Origin: Pseudogymnoascus verrucosus
Taxonomy: Eukaryota
Assembly (NCBI GenBank): GCA_001662655.1
Contig: KV460209.1
Strand: one strand, 5' to 3'
DNA length: 64,000 bases
Notes under the pieces: model-generated
What the model was told of the DNA's origin: nothing
Databases searched by the model: none
Seen by the model: only the letters and a program-made list of their open reading frames with translations
Program-made: the position numbers and the translations under genes
Shown here: piece after piece, positions 22,221 to 32,884 of the stretch
Layout: each line of letters starts with the position of its first letter
Position numbering within the stretch: the stretch's first letter is position 1

Positions 22221-23680
22221 TGGCAGGCAAACATAACACTGCTGCGGCATTCCTTGCGAATACATCTAAACCCTCCAAATCAACTTCCACAACTTCAACA
22301 TCATCAGGTCCACAAGCCAGATTACAAAAGATAGCCGCACACATGTCTCAACCACAGACTACCAACTTCCCCCAGGATGCCGTTCCCCAGGCTCCTGAAG
22401 ATCCGCTATTCGGATTGATGGCCGCTTATCGGGCTGACACCTTTGACAAGAAGGTCGACCTGGGAATTGGCGCATACAGAGATGATAACGCAAAACCTTG
22501 GGTTCTGCCAGTCGTCAAGAAGGTGAGAAATCGAATTCCCTGATTAATTTCACTCATTTCGGTCTCATATGATTCCCAAGTTGCTTTGCTAACAACCTTC
22601 AAGGCGGATGATATTCTCAGAAATGACCCCGCACTCAACCACGAATACCTCCCAATTGCTGGACTCCCCGACTTCACATCCGCTGCTGCCAGAGTTATGC
22701 TTGGAGCTGATAGCCCAGCCATCAAGGAGAAGCGTGTCACATCTGTGCAAACGATTTCGGGAACCGGCGCTTGCCACTTGGGAGGAATGTTCCTCTCGCG
22801 ATTCTACAAGCCAAAGCCCACCATCTACCTTTCCAACCCAACATGGGCCAACCACAACCAAATCTTCACCAATGCCGGCCTCTCGATCGCTCAATACCCA
22901 TACTTCTCTGCGTCGACCAAGGGCCTCGATTTCGATGGCATGAAGAAGACGCTGCAAGAGGCACCGGACCGCGCCGTCATCCTTCTCCACGCCTGCGCTC
23001 ACAACCCCACGGGCGTGGACCCCACCCAGGAGCAATGGAAGGAGATCGCATCCATTATGCGCGCCAAGAAACAGTTCCCATTCTTTGACTCAGCGTACCA
23101 GGGTTTCGCCTCAGGTGACCTTGCCAAGGACGCCTGGGCCGTTCGGTACTTCGTCGACCAGGGATTCGAGATGTGCCTCGCCCAGTCCTTCGCCAAGAAC
23201 CTTGGACTCTACGGCGAACGCGCGGGTTGCTTCCACTTCATCACCAGCCCTGCCGCTGATGCCACAGAGACCATCTCCCGCATCGCCTCGCAACTGGCCA
23301 TCCTCCAGCGCTCTGAGATCTCGAACCCACCTGCGTACGGTGCCCGTATCGCTAGCACCATCCTCAATGACGAGGGGCTCTTCTCGCAGTGGGAGGAGGA
23401 CCTGAGGACGATGAGCGGACGCATCGAGGAGATGCGCAAGGCGCTGCGTGGAAAGCTCGAGGAGCTGGGCACACCGGGGACCTGGTCGCACATCACAGAG
23501 CAGATCGGCATGTTCTCCTTTACCGGCCTGACAGAGGCGCAGGTGCTGAAGATCCGTAAGGATGCCCACGTGTATATGACGAAGAACGGACGTATTAGCA
23601 TGGCGGGTCTAAATACGGGCAATGTCGAGTACGTTGCGCGGGCGGTGGATAAGGTCGTGCGCGAGACGGCGAAGCTGTAA
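22220..23680 (+). CDS. AAT2: Aspartate aminotransferase (cytosolic/peroxisomal type); exons 22220 (or 22343)-22522, 22604-23680
   Basis: KVDLGIGAYRD, HEYLPIAG, LHACAHNPTGVD, FDSAYQGFASG, QSFAKNLGLYGERAG and QIGMFSFTG; the protein ends in AKL. Confidence 0.95.
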
Positions 23681-24157
23681 TGGCTTGTAAATAGAAACGA
23701 GGGCGAGGTTAGATGAGGATTGGATAAAAGAGTTATGTTTTGATGATATGGTGTCGATCACTATTTTCTTAGGTATTAAAAGATAGACATTTCTCAAATT
23801 CTACTCAACCGGTTTATTCACCACAATGCTTGTTTAGAACTCAGAAAAAGATGAATTTGTTATGCTGCACCTTGATTCCCACGCTTAGCACCAAACGCAA
23901 ACTACCTTCGAGTTGGGTCTCCGTCCTTCCAAGTCGGAGACTCCTTCGGTTGGTGTGAAAGTATCTAGCAAAACAAGCTGATGGGTATATTAATCTAACA
24001 CATATTCGCACAGAGGATATGAACGCGCACAGTGCCAGAGGCCACCTCCTTACCCATATTAATCCCCAGCCATTACCCTCTCCCAAATCTATCATCCAAA
24101 ATGTCTCTTGTCCCCAGGTATCATCACTAGGGCCCATCCGCCGCATAAATCGTCAGG

Positions 24158-25303
24158 CTATCGCCGTCCCTTCTTCTCGAAAGTGACGATTCCATAATCA
24201 TCCTGCACAGGCACCTCGCCCTGTTTGCACCAGAATGTCCCCCCTCCAGCAGTCCTGTCCACCCCTCCAGGTCCCCACTTCCTCTCCATCTCTTCCCTCT
24301 TCGCCGACTTCTTCTTGCCCTGCTTTATCCGCAGCTTCTCAAAATACACATACGCCGCGTAAAATATCCCAGATGAGTTCCCCTCGAGGGGGCCCTTCTG
24401 CCGCATAAACGTGTTGACCTGCGGTGACCGCAACGCCCGCGGCGCCAGGATATACTGGGCACCGAGCTTCCGCAAGAGTGATGCCTGTGTACAGTCGGGC
24501 TGTCTGAAGAACGCCCTGATCTTTATCCGGACGTCGTCGCATGTGTCGAACACCGGCACAGCGTCGCGCTCCTCCTTCTCAAGGTGGATATCCGAAACAT
24601 CATAGATCGAGTTATCAACCGTGCGATTAGCAGCCGGTGGAGCATCCTGCTTCCTCCTCTTCGCCACCGGCTCGCTGGCCGCTGCTCCTACAGGTGCAAC
24701 TGGTACAGGGGCAGCCGCACTTAGGTTTGCCTCTGCCGCCCTCTTAGCCCTCCTATCGCGCTTCGCAAAGAACAGCACCGCATTCCGGTACGTCTCCGCT
24801 GCAATCCCCGCGTCGCGCCCCTGCTGCTTCATAAACCCATTATAGCTACCCGGCGTAGCGCGAATAAGCTTGCGGAACGCGACAGCGGTGTTGCCCTCCG
24901 CGAGAAAGGCGCGGATCTGCGCCCTCACGACATCGCAATCCATGTCGAGCTCCTCGAGGAGCTCCTCGTCGGCATCATCATCAGTCTCTGAGTCGCCGTC
25001 TTCGGCGTCGGCGCCGGTGGGCGTGGGCGAGTCGCTGGTGTGCGTGGATTCGTAGGTGCGTTTCTTGGATAGGCAGGCGGTGGAGACGGGGTAGGGGCCG
25101 GGCTTGACGGTGGGGAGGGTGTCGATGTTGATTATGGGTGGAGGAGGGCGCGCGCTGTTCGTCAGGTCGAATAATGGTGGTCTGACGGGCGGCGGCGGAG
25201 GCCTTTTCATGAAGGGTTGTGTGTTCTCCTGGTTGTTTGGTATGGTGGGCTGGAAGTGCACGAGGCTCTCAAAAGACGGCAGAATGGTTTGATGTGTTAC
25301 CAT
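24158..25303 (-). CDS. Conserved fungal hypothetical protein with two internal ~65-aa repeats (recalled as DUF7726-like)
   Basis: DCDVVRAQIRAFL..FMKQQG..G...TYRNAVLFFAKR repeats as TCDDVRIKIRAFF..FMRQKG..GNSSGIFYAAYVYFEKLR. The family label is from memory. Confidence 0.75.
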   Translation of the reverse strand: MVTHQTILPSFESLVHFQPTIPNNQENTQPFMKRPPPPPVRPPLFDLTNSARPPPPIINIDTLPTVKPGPYPVSTACLSKKRTYESTHTSDSPTPTGADAEDGDSETDDDADEELLEELDMDCDVVRAQIRAFLAEGNTAVAFRKLIRATPGSYNGFMKQQGRDAGIAAETYRNAVLFFAKRDRRAKRAAEANLSAAAPVPVAPVGAAASEPVAKRRKQDAPPAANRTVDNSIYDVSDIHLEKEERDAVPVFDTCDDVRIKIRAFFRQPDCTQASLLRKLGAQYILAPRALRSPQVNTFMRQKGPLEGNSSGIFYAAYVYFEKLRIKQGKKKSAKREEMERKWGPGGVDRTAGGGTFWCKQGEVPVQDDYGIVTFEKKGRR

Positions 25304-25366
25304 GGCGGGCGAGTATGTGCGCGCTGCGGTTTTATGAAGACAATAGCGAGAGGGAAGAAAAGTAGA

Positions 25367-25422
25367 GACCTAGCAATGGTGACTGAACGTCGATGACCTT
25401 GCAATGGCGACTGAACGTCGAA
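25367..25422. repeat. Tandem 2 x 28-bp duplication
   Basis: gacctagcaatggtgactgaacgtcgat and gaccttgcaatggcgactgaacgtcgaa are 25/28 identical. Confidence 0.85.
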
Positions 25423-25859
25423 GGGTTGGACGCGAACTCCTATACGCGTTCGGATGTGAGATGTATCATACTCAGCTCAAAGTGGTAAGAATTGTGCACT
25501 TTGATAACGGCGGGATGAGTCGGTGGCGCCGCTGATCTTGTGTCCATATGCCGCTTGTTAATGGCCAGGCCTGGAATTTTATTTGTTGATGTTCGCGCGT
25601 TGGTGTTTCCACGGTCGGATAAGTTTTATGCATTGAAAACGCTCTCACAGCATGCAGATGACCAGTCACAAACTAAAACCTATCACCCCTTTTCTCTTGC
25701 ATGGACTTTTTAGAGAGTTGTTACTGCAGATCAACCTCCTTTTTACGGCAGTCACTTCCACATCACCGGTATATGTTTTTGCAAAAATAAATTACATATA
25801 AATCTGGCCACGACGGTCTAATTCTAGAACATATAAATACACTTATTCTAACATATGCC

Positions 25860-26468
25860 TCAGAAACTCTTCTTCTTCATAGCCGGCTGCTGCCCACATG
25901 CACCCTCTTCCAATTCCACCAATGCCTCCTTGACCTTCCTTTTCCCATTCGGCTGCAATGCCCCCGACATCGCTGCGTCAGAATTTCTCTTCCTGACTGT
26001 TCTTCCAGCCAAAAAATCCAAGTTTTCTGCATTCGCATCGACCACGATCTCGTATTCAGCATTGATACCATCCAGCACGTCCATAACAGTTGCAGGCACT
26101 CCCCCAACCGGCTCGCCCCCAGCGGCGCCCAATCCAAGATTCCCTATACTATTCCGGCGACTGGCGAACTCGACCTCTTCAATCTGGACTCCTTCATCCT
26201 CTTCATCCTCATCATCTGTTATAATGGCAAACTGATCAGTGTCCCAGTCTGTAATTTCCGTCTGCGTGCCGGCGTTTTTGACTTTCACTACGTTAGGCTG
26301 TGCAGGTCGATAGAGCCCGCCTTCGCATGCCTCGCCATACTGGTCGGTCATGGAACTAGATCGTAGCTTTGTGAGGTTGCATGATGGGTGGGGGTCGGTC
26401 AGGGTGCGACGGTTGGACTTTGTGGCATTGTGATTCTCAAGAATCATGGTGGGTGGTTTCATTTTCAC
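25860..26468 (-). CDS. Hypothetical acidic/basic low-complexity protein; start uncertain
   Basis: 202-codon ORF with an acidic tract (DDEDEEDE) and a basic C-terminus; no family recognised. Confidence 0.4.
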   Translation of the reverse strand: MKMKPPTMILENHNATKSNRRTLTDPHPSCNLTKLRSSSMTDQYGEACEGGLYRPAQPNVVKVKNAGTQTEITDWDTDQFAIITDDEDEEDEGVQIEEVEFASRRNSIGNLGLGAAGGEPVGGVPATVMDVLDGINAEYEIVVDANAENLDFLAGRTVRKRNSDAAMSGALQPNGKRKVKEALVELEEGACGQQPAMKKKSF

Positions 26469-27233
26469 GCAATCATTGGGAGACCCAGCGTTGATGCCTT
26501 CGACATGTCAGTTCACCATAATATATCTTTGATAGGGCGAAGGATGATTAAAATACCTTCACTGTTGATCCGCTCAGTAGCAAGTTCAGCATTGCCACCA
26601 CTAGATGAGGCCAGTTGTTCTTCGTACGTATGCATTTCCGCTCATGACATGCCACAAAATGGTATGAAAGTGGCCGGGGATTCTAGAAATATATATGAAA
26701 CCAGCCAGCGACGCAGGCAAGTGGCGGCATCTTCTCAACTCTAGAGTCGTATGTAAGCACGTGTGTAAACGGTGAGTAATTGACTTTTCGGATTTGTTGG
26801 GAGGAGGGAGTGAGAGATTGGCTCAGAGATGATTATTGAGGTGGGTGAACGATGACGATGTAGTTGGGGAAGGAGTCATGACGAAAGCTTATGACATCCT
26901 TGACAAGAGGATATAACTAGAGAGCAATTCCGAATCCCTAGAGGCTGTTGATCCGAAAGGGTCCAGCTAGATTAACACTAATGTTAGCTCTGATATTAAG
27001 TTCTCATGAAGCATCATCATCACTATCACGTGTTTGTTATAATTTGGTCAATGAAGGATGCGCAGATAAAAATGTATTGTCAAAACAACCTTCCGAAAGC
27101 CGAATGACACCAGAGCTGGGATATCGACAAAAAAAATATGTTGCATAGTACAAATGAATACCCTTTCATTCTCCGCTCCCTGGCAGACTCCTATCGTAGA
27201 CGCCTTAGTGAGACATTACCGCCTTCCATCTTT

Positions 27234-27884
27234 CTACTTGCGCTCGGGGTACTTGTTCTTGAAGAGGTACCTGTGGTCATGATTAGCACCAAGCGCTGGC
27301 CAAAACTAGGAGTATGTTATCTTACTTGCTGAGGTAGAAGTCGCCAGCAGCGAACAACCCCACAAGTCCAGTCCAAGCACCAACAACCTTCCAGGTCAAC
27401 TCTCCATTAATATACTTTCTGTATGCACCAAATCCAAGTCCCGCGCTCAGGGCAGCAACCGCGACAGCGTTGCCGATGAAAATAGGGTTATCAGAGTTCT
27501 TCTCGATTCTAGCCGCCGCCTTCTTGGCCTTCTCCTTGGCCTGCTGCTCCTTCTCCGCAAACTGCTTCTTGAGCTTCTGCTCCTCAGCAATAGCCTTCGC
27601 CTTTAGGGACTCGGCTTCGCGCTCGAGGCGCTCGGCTTGCGAGTTGGTCTGCACCTCGTGCTCCTTGAAGTCTGAGGGGACAGTGTGCACGGATTCAGAG
27701 TCGACGTCGATGAGGGAGGCAGTGGATGCAGACTCGCTGTGCTCGATCTCCGGGGGTGCTGGTGCGCGGGCCTAAGAGGTAAGAGGTTAGAAAATGGGGG
27801 CAATATCGTAAGGTGAAGTGGTTCGCATACCTCCTCTGGGGATTGCCTTGGGCCCTTTGATGCTGCTGCTGCGTATGACGACAT
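27234..27884 (-). CDS. Small conserved fungal membrane protein, OM14-like mitochondrial outer-membrane candidate; exons 27884-27831, 27771-27326, 27270-27234
   Basis: Spliced MSSYAAAASKGPRQSPEE|ARAPAPP..SLIDVD..coiled coil..NPIFIGN, two TM segments, then |YLFKNKYPERK; both introns are canonical. Confidence 0.8.
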
Positions 27885-28854
27885 GGCTGCTAGTATGCAT
27901 AAGCTATCGTCTTTGGTGAATATGAGAACGGCGCAAGCTTTCTCACCTGCTTTGTATGATTTATCTGTGGTAGTACAGTTCGGTGATGAAAGCTAGGTCG
28001 TGAGGAGATGATATTTAAGTCAAAACGGAAGAAGTCGCGTGGAACTCGCTCAATAGCGTCTGGCTGGGAAGGTGGAGTTCTAACGGCGACCGCGAAACAT
28101 GGCACCAGAGCAAATGCAAGCTTGGGAGTGGCTGCCGGTGTTCGCTTATCTGCATGTCTTGGATTACAACGACAGAAGTGATGACGTAGGAGGCACTTTA
28201 GTGAACAACAGGGAAAAGATTCATGCGGTTTATTTATTTTCTCACTCGCGCCAACTTGGCAAATGTTCTACAGTGAGCGAATCTCTTCTCTACATTGTCA
28301 CTGTATTCTTATGGGAATGGAGTAGACACGAGATAAGTATTTTTTTGCTTTTTCATGTTGGTTCCATTGGTGGCCACTATTTATCAGATTTGAAGCGACG
28401 CCTTAAAATAATGGGTCCGACGAGTAGTGGATCGTCTTTCCAAGAGCTTTCATGCGTACAAAAACAGAGTTCCAATCCGATTCTCTCAACGATTTTGATG
28501 ATTTTGTCGTAAGTAGGATTGTTTGAGCTTTCTGATAGCTGTGCTGGAGCTCCTGGCCAAGAATGGCAGACAAACCGGACGGTTATTCTCGTAGTGCGTT
28601 TAACAAAATATTCGCGCAAATCCTCCACTTATCCGCAATCCATAGCAGTGGAATCTTGATCCAAGCAGATTCTACTTTCGCCAGTCGAGTTCGCGGTCAA
28701 GGAAAGATAATTGCTCTCGACCGGCACATTCTCAAGTCTTCCACCCCTGCTCATTCTCGCATCCACGGCACCATCTTCATTCGGTATGCATCGTATTTTC
28801 GCAGCAAAAGCATGAGCTTCCCGATCTGCTCCGTTCGAGATCCGTTGGCGTTTG

Positions 28855-29178
28855 TCAATCTCTGCCTTCCTCCGTAGATGGATTTGTTCTCTGGGCCTCC
28901 CTGCTGTCGACAATCTTGATATACGCCAAAACTTGGACGACCACCATCACTGCGGTGTAGCTCCAGCACAACGAATCATGGCTGTGGACATAGAAGTATG
29001 GGATTTGATTTCCCTGAGGCCCATAGTCTTCGAACCATTTGTACCGCGAGGAAGACGCAACGGTTGCGATTGCCGATGGTATGTAGTGCGACGCATATGT
29101 GTTGAAGCCGTGGAGGACTATGAGAGGGTTCAAAACAATACCCGGTAAGATATATGAAGAGGTGAATGAGGTTCGCAT
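28855..29178 (-). CDS. Small hypothetical membrane protein (3' end may be spliced differently)
   Basis: 107 aa with two hydrophobic segments, YILPGIVLNPLIVLH and CWSYTAVMVVVQVLAY. Confidence 0.5.
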   Translation of the reverse strand: MRTSFTSSYILPGIVLNPLIVLHGFNTYASHYIPSAIATVASSSRYKWFEDYGPQGNQIPYFYVHSHDSLCWSYTAVMVVVQVLAYIKIVDSREAQRTNPSTEEGRD

Positions 29179-30192
29179 TTGAGGGTATAATTCTTTGTTG
29201 AAGTCGTCAAGGTGGGGCTAGACGGTATGCCAGTATAAGGTTCCTGGACACTAGATATAAGAGAGACCGACACAGGAGTCTTGGTATGGTCGTTTTATAA
29301 CAGGGCTGTGCTTGTTGAGGTTTGTGGATTCCGGATAATAATGCCGCAGACAATTTTGAGAATCTGTTTAGAGATGCGCAACAGTGGGTCGGCGCTCTCA
29401 TTGTGATTCTTCACCGGTCTTGATCCGTCGTTTATTCGCAGTGGAAGTTTGGAGACAGTATTTGGTGGTTTAGGACTCTCTAGGACTGAAGGAGATTCTT
29501 AGTATGGATCAACAACAAGATGCGGATTACATGTTGTTGGGAGAAATGGTGGTAGAGTACACTTCAATTGTGTCCTGAGTTGCGCATGGATTCATATTAA
29601 ACCGAAATACTAATATTGATAAGAAACGACCCAACGTAGCCTACATGCAGGAGCGAGTCTGTACCTGAACATATAATCGCTAGAAGCTTTATACACTCAG
29701 TCCATTGCTCTTTCCACGTTATCACGCGACCACTATATATTCTTCGGTCGCCACATTTACCCTGATATCCTGGCAAATAAAATTTCACATAATTATAAGC
29801 AGGCCTGCGATGAAATACACTCTACACTGAGTAATTTATTAGGTAAAAATATAACCAAGTAAAAAAAGAGGGAATTTCAAAATAGTGAGACAAGATTATT
29901 TTACTCCTAACAGTCGGTAATGTAGTGAAATGCGCGGCTTTTGAGAATCCCCTTCGTTAACTCCATTCGGCCTTTGCCGCCTTTAGCACCTGTCACCAAA
30001 TATGGAAGGCGGTCAGCACCAAGATCAGGCAGTATGCTTAATTCAAGTCCGGTACAAGCCACGTTTATCACACCCATGACGAATCTTTGATGAAATAAAG
30101 CCAACTGTCTTCCCAGCTGTCTCCAAATTGCGTTTATACCCAAACTGCGCACAACACAAGAAATCTCCCTCAATTTTACGAATACCGCCACG

Positions 30193-30993
30193 ATGGTTTG
30201 TCTCCAGCTCCACATCGGTCCGGGCTACTCTAACACTTCCCCCTAGAACTCCGTCTTCAACACCGCCCTCAAACAATCCACCTCCCTCCGCACCGACCTC
30301 GCCACTCTCTCCTCCAACCCTCTCTCCGCCCCCGCATCCCTCACCGGCCAAATATCCGCCTCCCTAACCTCCTTCTCGCGCACCCTCGACTCCTACGCCG
30401 ACCTCACCAAGCACGAGCTCAACACCCAGAAAGCCGAGAAGGCAGCCGAGCGCCTCACAAATTTCCGCCACGACCTCGCAGACTACAAATCACAGTTCGA
30501 GCGCGTAAAGAAGGACCGCGAAGAAGCTACAGCACAGTCGAACCGCAGTGAGCTTCTCGGGCGAAGGCCGCACCATGGCGGTTCCAGTACCCCCGATAAT
30601 CCGTATGCGAATGCACAGATAAATCGGAGTGCGCAGGCGAATAATCCCTGGGCGCCTAGTAGCGTGGGTGGGCAGCAGAGTATGAGCATGGGGAGTGGAG
30701 AGACGACGAGGGAGGCGCATGCGATGCGCGAGCAGAACTTCTTTGGGAATACACATAGCGCCCTGGATGAATATTTAGCGAGAGGACAGGCAGTGCTGGG
30801 GGATTTGGGGCAGCAAAGAGAGATGCTTAAGGGGACACAGAAGAGGCTGTACAGTGTGGCTAATACGCTGGGTGTAAGCGGTGACACGATACGAATGGTG
30901 GAGCGAAGGGCTAAGCAGGACAAATGGATATTCGCGGCAGGGGTGGTGATTTTCTTCACGTTCTGCTTCTTGGTCTTGAAGTATTTGAGGTGA
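30193..30993 (+). CDS. BOS1: ER-Golgi SNARE Bos1/membrin; coding exon 1 is ATG only (30193-30195), exon 2 is 30247-30993
   Basis: ATG|GTTTGT..CTAAC..TAG| gives MNSVFNTALKQS. Also NRSELLGRRP and LDEYLARGQAVLGDLGQQREMLKGTQKRLYSVANTLGVSGDTIRMVERRAKQDKWIF plus a TM segment. Confidence 0.9.
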
Positions 30994-31328
30994 TCGTACC
31001 TCTAGATGCAAAGAGGAGGAATATGCGTAATGATTTGGAGGAATGGGAAGCTATCTTGACCCTCCTGTATTTGGGTTATTGAAGCGAGGCGTTTGGAACC
31101 GATGCTGTACGAATACCTTGCATAGATCTTATATGGCATATGGCTGCTTTACGCACTGCTGCCTATCCTGCATCCTGTTATCTCGTATTGATAGATGCGT
31201 TATGCCCAAGCATTGTGGTTGGAAATTTGAGACCGTATTTCTATATTATAATATTTGAGTCTATTTTAAATCCTCGCATACTTCTTTGCGTGAGGCGCCC
31301 CCCTTTTTTTATGCCAAAAGTGTACGTA

Positions 31329-32279
31329 CTATTCTTCCTCGCCCATATCCAAATCAATCGTAAATAAGACGTCTGCATTCGTCGTGACAGTAACCTCCGC
31401 TTCAAGCACCATATTGCTCGTGCTCACCTGCCCCCCAAAACTCGTCTCCCAATCCTCAACGTCCCACTTCAGTCCCTTCGTCGTGATCTTCGCCGACACG
31501 CCCACCGGTAGAATGCCAATATTCTTCCCTAGTACCCGAGCCTCAGGGTTCTTGACAATGATTTGATGGGTTCCAGCAGTCAGAAGAAACGTGATCGCCG
31601 ATGTGGACACTAGGTAAATACGTCCTTGAGGATAGATCTGAGGCCCCTTGTACAGATGATGCAGGATAGACAGTCCCTGGTCCACTCGGCCTCCTAAGCC
31701 ACCGAGTACGATGATGTCAGGGGGGGGGTCACACTTTGGAAGGTAGTGTTTCGAGATGTATGAAACACACTTTGTGAAGTCTGTAGAGTCCTGGGACGGG
31801 TCCAGGACGACTTCGGTGGAATGGGCGAGAGCCCACGATCTAGTAGTCTGGTGCAGGGAGTCGAGGTCGCCGTGGATCACTTCAAGTGGCTGGATCGGCG
31901 TTAAAAAAAGGGGTGAGATAGGGGGACACGTGATTCAACAGGTGTCTCGACGAGGCTGGTGGTGCTGGGGAGTACTGACAATCCTCTTCATTAGGTTTTC
32001 AAAAGTGCTATCGCCGTGGAATACTTTATGTAGCCTATTTGCACCTCCATCCGCCGCAATTCGATATCCAGCTGCATTCAATTAGTATCCCAGTGTCCGG
32101 TGTAGCAGCAAGGGGTGTCATAATATACCTCTCTCCCATAGTGATCTGAGCAAATCCAAATTATCAAGAGGTTGATTTAAAGTGAGCAAGGCATATCCCT
32201 CACAGCCATGATCATGAGATATGAGTCTGGCTGGGTCCCACTTCATAACGGGGCTTGCGCCACCTGTCGAATTCTCCAT
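31329..32279 (-). CDS. THI80: Thiamine pyrophosphokinase; exons 32279-32129, 32071-31980, 31889-31329
   Basis: LLTLNQP, AADGGANRL, IHGDLDS, QDSTDFTKC, GGLGGRVDQ, TKGLKW and FGGQVSTSN. Confidence 0.92.
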
Positions 32280-32884
32280 CAGTGACTGACAGCTGCTTTC
32301 TCCAAGAAATAAGCAGTTCCGTGTTAGCAATTTAATAATAAATATCCAATATTTGAGAATTTATGAAATGGTGTGAAATGACTGGGTTATCATGATTCCT
32401 GCTAGAAAAAGAAATGACGTCCAGTGGGAGTGGGTGAGCCGCCGACTATTTGTTAGCGATAATAGGGGTTGTCTTAGTTCCACCTTTTCAGGATGATATC
32501 TCATAGTAATTGTGCAGTTTGAGATATAGAATTATACACAACATTACTCTCTATAGAAATGATAGTAATGTATTCCATGATATTTGTCTCAGCTTAATAT
32601 ATCGTAAAATGGGGTAAGGTACCATTTCACGTGACCTCGTGACGACCAGGCTAAAATTAACTAAATCCAACTGGGAACAGGCGGCGCCGCGTGGTGCCGA
32701 CTACCTGACAAAATCCCATAATTGTGGCTCGAAGCGGAGAGGTTTGGAAACCCAAAGGCCACATAGACGACCGCCTTCACGACATTCAACAGTAACGTCG
32801 ACAACAAGAGACGGCACCGATGTCGACTTAATATTTAGAAAATACCCGCCTTTCGCTTCTCTCTCGGGAATTCTTTTCTGCATC

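Noticed and set aside
31890..32128. TPP riboswitch in THI80 introns
   Set aside because: The introns are short and lack the CUGAGA and other aptamer consensus elements.
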